Shown: piece after piece, positions 23,991 through 35,200 of the stretch
Position numbering within the stretch: position 1 is the stretch's first letter
Layout of the letters: each line of letters begins with the position of its first letter
Program-made: the position numbers and the translations under genes
The notes under the pieces: generated by a model
What the model was told of the DNA's origin: nothing
The model's database searches: none
Seen by the model: the letters and a program-made list of their open reading frames with translations, nothing else
Assembly: GCF_001194135.2 (NCBI RefSeq)
Contig: NC_068984.1
Span: 128,490,860-128,553,236 of the forward strand
Direction: 5' to 3'
Origin: Octopus bimaculoides
Lineage: Eukaryota
DNA: 62,377 nucleotides

Positions 23991-24268
23991 CAGGAAAAGA
24001 ACGTCATTCTTATTTCTTATTAATTTTGGAATGCAGTGATATAGCAAGTTTGTCTCGTGAAAATAATCTGAAGGACATTCGTCACTTGCCTAACCTTCCA
24101 GTACATTAATTTTTATTATCTACTTCAAGAAGGAGGTAATCTAGTCCTTCTTGAGATAATACAGCATATTGACGAGAGAGTTAGATGAAGTATTTAACAG
24201 CGATAGCATAGCGTTATCCGATTCAGGAAACACCAACCATTGTTTTATGGTTAAAAGGAGGAGGCAAG

Positions 24269-24348
<80 letters not shown>

Positions 24349-25943
24349 CCTCTGTATCCGAGATCACCCTCTGTGTCTTCTGATCAGGTTCTGGTGTCAC
24401 AGCTTAATACTCAAGTCAGCGCGATTTCCCTAATAGCTGTTTTCACAGTTCTAACCGAACTCGGAGATGGATGAAGAATCAACGCAGCCATACGTATCGT
24501 TGCAACGTGAAAGATCAGCAAAATCATCAATTATTCGTGAAGAACTCCAGCATCTGTAAAACATGATGTTCATATATGATTGACTCAGTATTTCCATGAA
24601 GCCTTGTAAAAAAGAAAGGCAAAAGAACGTAGCAATAATGTCGTATAACATTATAACCAAATCTTATAACCAACGTAACACAAGCTTTGTGCCTATAGTA
24701 GAGCCAATTATTATGCTAATAATAAAAGTCAAATTAAGTCAATCACCACGGATGTATTTAATCCCACTGATAACCCTTTAGTAGTTTAAATGCACTTCTT
24801 TTTTCTTTTGATTAAAAAATTTTTTTTTTATAATTTAAAAATTGTAGATGATATATGCACTTAAACAATTCCTCACCCACCCTCAGTTCTAAAGCGATAG
24901 GAAATGACTTGAAAATTCTTCCCCCAGGAAATTTTGAAATGATTGAACAGCTTCGAATTAGCAACTGAAATGATAAGGATTATTTGTCATAGCAAGCGAA
25001 CAAATAAGCAACTAATTTGTGACTAACCTAAAAGGTACTGAGCCAACTTAATCGAGCGAATAACTGTTTTCATTAGGAGAGGTGCCAAAACTAATAGAAA
25101 ACGTGCTGGTATAAGCCTGCTGAGAAACATATCTTGGTTAAAGAGCATATCAAATTAAATTTTCAATAGTTGCCATGAGATAACTTAGAACTTGCGGTTC
25201 TGCCGACTAGATACTTAAAAACGTCATTGTTAACAATTTTATGAGTTTATCTCCCCCACGTCGGTATCTGCTGCAGCTGTAAATAAAGTTACGCACACAC
25301 ATACACACATATTGATTTCAAATTTTGGCACCAGGTCAGCAAATTCAGGGTGGTGGGTAGTCGATTACATCCACCCAGTACTCAACTGGTACTTATTTTA
25401 TCGACCCCGAAAGGAAAAGTCGACCTCGGTGGAATTTGAACTCAGAACATGAAGACGGACGAAATAACGCTATGCATTTTGTCCGTCGTGCTAACGATTC
25501 TGCCAGCTTGCCATATTAAACAAGGTATAAATAATAGTCATTACATTTTTGTCTTAATTGTAGTAAATTTGACATACAGCTGCTTCAAATAGTCATTATA
25601 GGTTCGTTATTGATGTTTACTCAATCTGCTCGTTGACGGGTTNNNNNNNNNNNNNNNNNNNNNNNNNNNNNNNNNNNNNNNNNNNNNNNNNNNNNNNNNN
25701 NNNNNNNNNNNNNNNNNNNNNNNNNNNNNNNNNNNNNNNNNNNNNNNNNNNNNNNNNNNNNNNNNNNNNNNNNNNNNNNNNNNNNNNNNNNNNNNNNNNN
25801 NNNNNNNNNNNNNNNNNNNNNNNNNNNNNNNNNNNNNNNNNNNNNNNNNNNNNNNNNNNNNNNNNNNNNNNNNNNNNNNNNNNNNNNNNNNNNNNNNNNN
25901 NNNNNNNNNNNNNNNNNNNNNNNNNNNNNNNNNNNNNNNNNNN

Positions 25944-26725
25944 GTTTCGACCAAAGATTGGTCCAGGCCATGTCTAACTTCATAGCACCGCCTGATAGGA
26001 TTATCTAAATCCTTTTTAAGTCAAGTTTTGTGGTATTATGGTCCATTCAAGTAGTAAGTTCTTGTTGAGTGAGTTGTATCCAGGTATGGGTGACTTATCT
26101 GGTATTCCCTGAAGAAATTTGTCCAGACTCCGTTTAAAGGTGATGGGATCCTTTTCCTCTTTGATCTGTTTTAGGACAATGTTAAACAGGGCAGGACCTG
26201 TTGAGGAAAAGAAATTGTGTCGCAGTGTACCTATATGATTTGATCCTGAATTGGGCAGGGGACGTATGGCCCGTGGTCTCAGCTTTGGTTGAACCTTGAA
26301 GCTAATGTTCAGGTCGTTTGGGCAATGCTGGCGGTATATTCTCCACATTGTGCAAATGATGTACCGATCGCGGCGGCGCTGGAGAGAGTAGAGTTTCAAG
26401 GCTTTAAGGCTGTCCCAGTAATCGAGATTAGTTATGCCCTTTATTCACTTAGTGAGTGCCCTCTAGGGTGATTCAATTTTCGAGATGTTTTATTTTGTAT
26501 GGGGAGACCACAGGGGGCAGCAGTATTCGAGGTGTGGTCGTACAAAGGAAGAGAAAAGCGGAATGATGACACCTTGTTCTCTGGACGGGAAGGTTCTTAA
26601 GATCCAGGAGCTCATCCTACGAGCTATATCGACCTTATTGCTGCTGTGGGCACTCCAACTGAGATTGTTATCAACAATTACTCCTTGGTCTCTGATATTA
26701 TTAGATGCTGTGAGCAGTTAGTTCC
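25944..26725 (-). mobile_element. CR1/L2-group LINE, RT C-terminal part with stop codons
   Basis: Minus strand IRDQGVIVDNNLSW..HINNKV, FVRPHLEYCCPLWSPH and LKLYSLQRRRDRYII. Confidence 0.85.
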
Positions 26726-28017
26726 CTTTAAGGAAAAGAGTATGGCTGTTTTCGTATAGTCTTTCTTCCAAAATGCATCAGCTCAGATTTTCCCTCGTTT
26801 AGTTGCATTTATATATTAAATCATCCAACAAATTCTAATAAATTGATTATCAAATTGATACACTACCTGCTTTCAGTGCGATAAGTGTTACTTTGTACAA
26901 ACTTAAAAAGGACATTTTCCAGTATTAATGGCAGTAGGAAATACGATAGTGGATTTTATGCAGGATCTTCTCTCTGGTACTCTGTATATCGATCCTAAAA
27001 GAATAAATAGATTTCGATAGGGTTTGAAATCAAAACGAATATCAACAAGGCATTTTGTCCGACATTCTCATAATTCTGGCAGTTTAACCACTCTCGCCAT
27101 GTCTGAAATGTGTCTAGCATAGGCACAAAGCCTGAAAATCTGGAAAGTGAGAGCTGGTTGATACCATCGATCTCAGTTTTTGATTAATACTTTATTTTCT
27201 GACTCCTTGAGGCATGAAAGGTAAACTTGAGCATGGCATGATTTGAAATCTTAACTTTAACCGTGGCTAAATACATCTAGGCATTTTATCTGGCGTTCTA
27301 ATGATTCTGGCTATCCACCGCCCTTAATCTGTCTAATATATTCGCAAGGCTAAAAATTTGGGGTAGGGATTAGTCAATTAAATCAATCCTATTATTTCAG
27401 GAGCAGAGCCGGATTAAGACCCATTCAGGCCCTAAGCACTTAAAAGGTTTTGGTGCTTCCGTATATATCATTCAAAATATATGGTGCTCTCATATATATA
27501 GTTCAAAATATTGATTTAGCGCAGTCGAGTGGGTGGGCGAGTCTGAGTCAGCAAGTGAATAAAATAGCGATATATTGAACCAACATATTAGAAATAGCAA
27601 CAAAATGTCCATCAGATCACACTCTGCTTTTGTAAAGAAAAATAAGGAGGAGGAGGTGCTCATATTCAATAACGTATAGTCACTCGACGATCAATGGGTT
27701 GAAGACATTAATTTCGCTTGTCAATCAGCAGTTAACATAATTTTGTTTAGCAGCCGATAACTTTTTCTGAAGTCGTGCATATGACTGACTTGTTTATAAC
27801 AGTCTTGAATATTTTGCACTGTTATTCATTTTTGTTGTAGTTGCAGATGCTGTTTTTGTTATACATATATGGACAAGAAATACAGAAATGAAACTGATTG
27901 ATAACATACTTACATACNNNNNNNNNNNNNNNNNNNNNNNNNNNNNNNNNNNNNNNNNNNNNNNNNNNNNNNNNNNNNNNNNNNNNNNNNNNNNNNNNNN
28001 NNNNNNNNNNNNNNNNN

Positions 28018-28165
28018 TGAATAGCAGTGACCTTAAGACAGTGCCCTGTAGAACACCATTCCAGTGTGCGTGTTTCTTTGGAGGTGGCTCTATTGGGTAC
28101 CACTACCTGACTTCTATCTTTTAGAAATTCGTATAACCACTCTCCAAGTTTTCTGACTATGCCAT
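28018..28165 (-). mobile_element. CR1/L2-group LINE RT fragment
   Basis: LNGIVRKLGEWLYEFLKDRSQVVV..R...E.....SG(V)PQG-like segment; same strand as 25944-26725. Confidence 0.7.
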
Positions 28166-28168
28166 TTA

Positions 28169-28231
<63 letters not shown>

Positions 28232-28733
28232 NNNNNNNNNNNNNNNNNNNNNNNNNNNNNNNNNNNNNNNNNNNNNNNNNNNNNNNNNNNNNNNNNNNNN
28301 NNNNNNNNNNNNNNNNNNNNNNNNNNNNNNNNNNNNNNNNNNNNNNNNNNNNNNNNNNNNNNNNNNNNNNNNNNNNNNNNNNNNNNTAAGTGCTAAATGA
28401 AAGTGAAAGTGATGTCTTAAACTCAATGATTATCATGGTGCCCCCCTACCCCACCACCAAAAAGAAGATAAAGCAAAAGACAGATTGGTCGATTCTGGAA
28501 GTGTCCTTATTATAGTTCTACTTGATCAGAGTTGACTTGGAGTCAAACAGCAACACCAGCACTACCACAATCTGCAGCAGCAGTGCTCTGCAAATATAAT
28601 GTCCTTCACAGCTGACGCAGTTAACTGAATGTCATATAAAAGCCTGGTTAACACATTAACAATATCTTCCTTAGTGGCTACATATACATAACTTATGTAT
28701 ATGGATTGTTTCTGTGGCGTCTCAGCATCGCGT

Positions 28734-28807
28734 GCCCCAATAGCTCAGAGGTTTAGAGCACTGGTCTCGTAAACCAGGGGTCGTGAGTTCGAATCTCACT
28801 TGGGGCA
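28734..28807 (+). tRNA. tRNA-Thr(CGT)
   Basis: Full cloverleaf: acceptor GCCCCAA/TTGGGGC, D stem GCTC/GAGC, anticodon stem CTGGT/ACCAG with loop CT-CGT-AA, T arm GTGAG-TTCGAAT-CTCAC. A T6 Pol III terminator follows at 28815-28820. Confidence 0.95.
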
Positions 28808-29048
28808 GTCTCCGTTTTTTCTCTTTTATAAAGGAAAATCATATAGGATTTAAAAGGGAATTATTCAGCATAATTAATGATACCATTGTGCACTTGTTAA
28901 TTATTTTACCTATCTATTCTCCTAGATTAGTACTTTATTGATTGACTGTGAAAGGGTTAAAGACTAAGTTAAACTCGCAGTATTTAAGCTCAAACCCGCA
29001 ATGTATTCAAACCGATGTAATAACGACTCTGCCGTTTCATTTCCTGAA

Positions 29049-29084
<36 letters not shown>

Positions 29085-29398
29085 GCCTGTCTGTTCCTTT
29101 TTCTTAATCCTTACCTCTTTCTCTCATGACTTCACTTCGATTTTCTCATTGACTCTTAATTGTTATGAATGATGTCATAAACATCGCTATGTTTTTATAT
29201 CTCCCTCTTTCCATCCCTTCTCTCTTTCAAGAGTTAGAGCTCCTCATAAAAATTTGCTAACGCCTGAAGCAAAAGAATCATGGACAATAGATTAAAAAGA
29301 GAGAGAGAGAGGGAGGAAAAAAATAGACAATAACGTCTTTTTCTATCTACCCTTGTATGACTTTTCTATGACTTTATGACTTTACTTTCTTCATTTCT

Positions 29399-29490
<92 letters not shown>

Positions 29491-29800
29491 GGTTGGTGCT
29501 CTTCATAAAAAATTTCCAGTGTCGTTGGAGGTTTTGCAGCCAACCAGAAATTATAATTCAGCGGTCACTAATATTATTTTCCGTTATTTCGGAATGGGAG
29601 AAAATTCCGGATGTGTTTTGATCTTAGTAAGATCTCATCAGCGAATCAAACTTCTTTTGAGATAGTTAGAACGCTGTACATCTTACATTAGTTGGACGAG
29701 AAGAATAGATGGGAGAATGAATAATTAAAAAGATCAACTTATTTAAACATTAATGATCTAAGAATAGCTTACATACATACATACATACGTACATACATAG

Positions 29801-30461
29801 GATAACCCCGAGGACAAAGAAATAAGAACCCACAGTATGGTGGAAACCATATTCACTCATAATAAAAAGAAATACTGGTGGTATGTCCCAGTGAAAACCT
29901 CAATAAAAGTAAAGACAACAGACCTGATATAATGATTTGGGATAGAGAAAAGAAACTGTGTACAGTTGTGGAAATCAGCTGCCCAGCGGATGTTAACATA
30001 AAGCTGAAGATCAGTGAAAAAGAGAATACCCACGCTGAACTATTGAGAAATCTGTAGTTACTCTATCCAGATTACAAGTTCAAGCTTAAGCCTGTAATTA
30101 TTGGGGCACTGGGGTATGTTAACACACTATCTAAATACCAATCTTGAGAAATTAGGCTGCACAAAAGCAGAAAGGAGAAAGCTGTTTCGAAGACTACGGA
30201 TCCAAGCCATCACTGGAACCGTAAAAATCTGTAAAACTTTCAAGAAGTTTATCATTTGAGTATGCATGAGTACGTTCAGATATGCAAGTATATGCATGAG
30301 AAGACATACATAAAACGGAACATACAAATCTGCATACATACATACATACATACATACATTCATACCCTGTTGTTGATGTTGAAATTACAATGAAAGAGCT
30401 TTGGATCTAGGTTAGAAACCAGCTCTTTCTCTATTGGAAAGAAATATTGAGATAAAACTGA
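29801..30461 (+). mobile_element. 5'-truncated R4/Dong-like LINE with restriction-like endonuclease (REL), copy 1, frameshifted
   Basis: KYWW..PVKT...NRPDIMIWDREKKLCTVVEISCPAD...PVIIGALGYV...QAITGTVKICKTF; preceded by (TACA)n. Confidence 0.85.
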
Positions 30462-31265
30462 TTAGCAGCTGTCCTAAAATGTCGTCACGGTACTACCTCC
30501 CTATGCGGCACGATGTTGTTGCTAAAACAATTTACAATGCCATCTGCAAAAAGACTGTCCTGAAATAAACTTAGAAAATCCCTTGGTTATGGAATACATT
30601 CATAAACACCAACTCAAAGAATACTGGTGGAATATTCCCATCATAATTTCTGTCAAATGTAAACATAACAGGCCGGATATTGTTGTTTGGGACAGAGGGG
30701 CAAAGGTACGTACCATCTTAGAGGTCAGCTGCCCTGATGATATACATATCTCTTTGAAAATCAAAGAAAAAGAGGATATCTATGGACAATTGCTTCGAAA
30801 TCTTCAGCTTCTATATCCAGACTACGAATTCATGTCCATACCAATAATAATTGGAGCGCTAGGTTTTATTAGTAAATGCTTAAAGGAGAATCTGGATAAA
30901 CTGGAAAGTTCAGAAAGAGAAATCGACCGGTTAATTAGTACATTACAAGTACAATCTGTGAGTGGGACAGTAAAAATATGCAAGACTTTTCTCAAGTTCT
31001 AAATGTGAATTCGTCTTGAGTTAACTACATCCCAAAGATGGAGCCTTGTATTTTTGTTGGAAGATTTATAAAAATTAGAAAATAGAAGAGACACATCCAT
31101 CCATCCATCCATCCATCCATCCATCCATCCATCCATCCATACATACAAACAAACAAAAATACCCTGTTGTTGATGTTGAAACTTCAATGAAGGAGCCTTG
31201 AATCTAGGTTAGAAACCGGCTCTTTCTCTGTTGGCAAGAAATCTTAAAATAAGACTGAGCAATGA
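30462..31265 (+). mobile_element. 5'-truncated R4/Dong-like LINE, copy 2
   Basis: ISSCPKMSSRYYLPMRHDVVAK (end of the CCHC motif plus RHD), then ORF 30583-31002 NRPDIVVWD...ILEVSCP...IIIGALG...TVKICKTFLKF. Shares its 3' terminus with copy 1 and is followed by (CATA)n. Confidence 0.88.
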
Positions 31266-31267
31266 CA

Positions 31268-31298
<31 letters not shown>

Positions 31299-31531
31299 CT
31301 GTAAATTATGTACAGGTGGGCTTTGTATACCTTTTATCGTTTATCATCCACTTGTTCCAGTCATTACAATGTGGCCATGCTGGGGCATCGGCCTTGAAAG
31401 AGTTAGTCGAACAGATCGATCCTAAAACTTATTTGTTTTAAAGACTGGTACTTATTTTATAGTTATGTTTTGCTGAACCTCTAAGTTACGGGGATGCAAA
31501 CAAACCAGGCGGTGGTGGGGTACAAGTATAA

Positions 31532-31572
<41 letters not shown>

Positions 31573-31579
31573 AAAACAG

Positions 31580-32024
31580 ATATTGTATTTCGGGACGGTC
31601 ATTTTTTTTTGCCAAATAAACACACGCACTATATATTTGTTCTTCATTCGTTTATGTTACTGTTTTTTATTTTATCTCATGTCCATTTTTCGGAAATCTT
31701 TCGTCACACATCTGTGACCTCTTCAGCAACACTTTTCGTTTTCGTGTGTGCTCTTGCTTCACTTACTCCAGAAGGCGTAGAAGGAGGGAGAGAGAGAAGT
31801 ACATAGCGATGTTTATGACATCATTCCAGAATGGAGTAAGTGGAACAAGAGCACACACGAAAACGAAAAGTATCGTTGAAGAAGTCACAGATGTGTGAAA
31901 AAAGATTTCCCGACAATGGACATGTGTTAAAATAAGAATAGTAATAAACGAGTGAAGAACAAATATATAATGTGTGTATGTTTATTTGGCAAAAAAAAAA
32001 GACCGTCCCGAAATATAACAATAT
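31580..32024. repeat. Foldback element with about 190-bp inverted arms
   Basis: 31580-31769 is an imperfect reverse complement of 31832-32024 (e.g. TATTTCGGGACGGTC / GACCGTCCCGAAATA); 62-nt spacer. Confidence 0.85.
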
Positions 32025-32049
32025 ATATGTGTGTGTGTGTGTGTGTGTA

Positions 32050-32083
<34 letters not shown>

Positions 32084-32233
32084 CATGTCTATATGAGAGA
32101 GAGAGAGAAAGAGGGAGAAAGTCCAAAAGTAATTGTGAGTAAGAAGGTGATAGGTGTAGCTACGAAGAAAAGAAAGTTGCGTCCCTTGTTTTGATAACTT
32201 TATACAGAGGGCGATATCAACATCCGATATTTC

Positions 32234-32239
32234 CACGTG
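32234..32239. promoter_or_regulatory. Canonical E-box CACGTG just upstream of the TSR1 ATG (candidate Myc/Max site)
   Basis: CCACGTG ends 11 bp before the start codon in CpG-poor DNA; ribosome-biogenesis genes are established Myc targets. Confidence 0.45.
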
Positions 32240-32250
32240 CTGGTACCAAG

Positions 32251-35200
32251 ATGGTGTTCGAACAAGAAGAACATCGACCAACTTCTTTTAAACAGCAAAA
32301 CAAACAACATAAACGTGGAAAACATAGAGGAAAGCGCGAACTGGATCGCATGTCCCAAGGTGTGTATATTGCAGTGTTATAATTGATTTATTAATGTGTT
32401 TAACTTGTGTATATCGCTGATATATTATGGGTCTTCCTACAATCTCTCGTAGTTTCTCTGCTATGAAGCATTAATCTCTTTTGCATATTCATTCACTATC
32501 TCTTACATACATGCATACATACATAGCGTCTTCCCTATGGACAGAATTTCACATGCACTCTATCTCTATTTCACTCTACTTTTGAACACCTGGTTTTATT
32601 TACTATCTGACGTCATGCTATCTCGATCTGTTAGAAGACGTTGCTATATCTTCCATAACAGGAACTCCACCATCTTATAAAAACGGGCCCATTTTTACAC
32701 TGTCTTAAAAATGAGTATTCCACATGCACGCCTACCTCTATTGTGGTTCCTAAGATGAATCAGTGTGATACAAAATGTGAGAAATTTGAACCTTACAGGT
32801 ACAATCCATCCAATGGGCTTCTGTACAGGTTCCGTCTGTCTAGTTTCACTTAATAGGCATGGATCGACTCGATTTATCTTCTTGTTTCACTTATTGGACT
32901 GCGATCATGCCAGGACACCCCCTGAAAAGATTTAATCGAACAAATCGACACCTGTTCTTATTTTTAAAGTCTGGTACTTATTCTATCGGTCTCTTTTACC
33001 GAACTGCTAAGTTACATGGATGTAAACAAACCAGCACTGTCAGGGTGTGGGGGAACAAGCACAAACACGCACATATACGACGGGTTTCCACACTTTCTCC
33101 ATCTACCAAATGTACAAGTCATTGGTCAGTCCGGAACTATAGTAGAAACCACTTACCCATGACGCCGTTCAGTGGAACTGAACTGGAAATCGTTTGGTTG
33201 CAAAGCAAACTTAACCACACAGTTATGCTTGCGCTTATAGCTATGGTAAAGATTTTTGTCCAAGTTGCCATGTACTGCAAATTGGGATAGAACCCAAATC
33301 CTCATGATTGCAGAATGAGCTTCTTGATCACTCTGCCGTGCCTGTGTTCACAGTCTTAAATAGACAAAAAGATGAGATGATTATTATAGCGTAACCTTTG
33401 ATCAGCGCTCTCATGGAATTATAAACAACAGTAAGCACTTGTGTCATTATTCTACTCTCACCAAAACACCTTATAAGAATTGTAAATCGATTCCTGTACT
33501 TTGTTTTATCGAGGGACAAAAGGTGAAATTGATCTCCCCAGAATTGGAACCTAGAACGTAAAGTGACATAATTGAATATCAAACATTTGCCCAACTTTTA
33601 GGTGAAGTAGAACCTTCATTGATTTATTTTTAAAAGATTATGTCCCTTGGATTAATTCAAATCAAATTTAAATAAATAAGCATTACATTTGATAGAGTAA
33701 TCTGAATGCTAAAGGGTTAAAGGGACTTGTGAAACATTTCTATAAATTTTGAACAGCTTCAGAAATTTTGTCAATCTGAAAATTATACATTTTTCTCAGG
33801 ACGTGTCAGTGTTAAAAATATCTCAAAACGGCATAAACTAGAAATACGAAGAGCTGAACGAAGGAAAAAGGTAAGTTTCATCTGTAAGCATAATCATTAG
33901 CAGCACTTTTATTATTATATTTCCAACTAAAACATATCTACTATTTGTTTTGGTTAAGTTTTTTAATAATTGATGCAGTTGAAACATTTTTGCAAGAGAC
34001 TTCCAGTTTCATTCAGACTGTAGGATTGCCATGTTGTGTTTGTTGGCAAACAGACTTTACTGTATGGTACTGTTACTACGACATATTTCTCGCTCAGAAA
34101 TTTAAAACTAGTTGTTTTATGTATTTATATTTTTATAAACATGTATAATGGACAGTTTTGTTCTTTAAATATTTGAATCTAAAAAAATAATTTCATAATT
34201 CCAACTTGTTTTATTTTCTTTATGAAGGCTTTCCATACTCGTAAAAACAAACGAGAAGAAGTTTTGGCCCAAAAACGTAGTCGTGGTGGTGCTGATAGTA
34301 CTCCACATTTTGTGGTGAGTTTTGAATTAATTATACACTAACTCATAGCTTTGAGATGTTGATGATGTAATTGTTTAGTTTTAGAATGACATTGTAGGGT
34401 AGGTGTGAGAAGCCAGATCTAGCCTGTTTGAATATACAACAAGTTGAATATTTAGGCTGGATATGGCCAGTTTAAATGTTAAAGGATTAAATATAAATTA
34501 TATTGGTGTTTGTCAGTTGAAATCTCATTTTGTGAGATCTAGATCAAGAGCTGAATTTTAATATAGTCACTTTAATAAGGTGATTTCAGGAAAATTGGTA
34601 TTAACTAGTTTATTAACCTTGGAAATATTTCATACTTTAGTGTGGGTCTGCATAGTACATAAAGAGTAGTTAAAGCTGTTCTGCGGCTAAACAATAACAA
34701 CAACAACATTGAGCTTTGAAATAAATTTTAATTTATTTCTTTATTTTAGGTGATTCTTCCACTGCATAAAAGTCTTAACTCCCAAAAGGTTCTGGATTTG
34801 TTGATTAATTGTGATGACACTGCTTGTTCTAAGAAGAATGATCTGGATATAACACATTTAGGGTAAGTTGAGTTTTTCGATTTGGTTTTGAAGTTGCCTC
34901 TAACATAAGTTGGTGATTGTGATTAAGAAGCTTGTTTTGTAACCATGTTTGGTTCAGTCCTACTGCTTGGCTGTACTTGTTTCAATGATTGGACCGTGGC
35001 CATGCTGGATCACTTCCTTGAAGGGTTTTGTCAAACAAATTCTCGTACTTATTCTATTGGTCTCTTTTGCCAAACCAGTAAGTTGCTGTAACTCCAGGTT
35101 GACCAAAGTCATGTGATTGAATTTGGTAGAAGGGATCTGTGTAGAAGCCTGTCATATATAAATGTGTGTATCATTGTTCCCCACTGTTGCTTGACAACCA

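Noticed and set aside
23283-24047. 254-aa minus-strand ORF as a single-exon gene
   Set aside because: Only 23840-23607 is homologous coding sequence; the rest is UTR and intron read-through.
24380-24660. CpG-richer segment with short ORFs upstream of CFAP107
   Set aside because: No recognisable protein motif or splice chain; probably an unclassified repeat.
23840-32251. CFAP107/TSR1 shared bidirectional promoter
   Set aside because: The starts are 8.4 kb apart with LINE relics and a tRNA between them, and each has its own proximal motif.
32608-32615. CRE palindrome TGACGTCA in TSR1 intron 1
   Set aside because: Single short motif with no supporting context.
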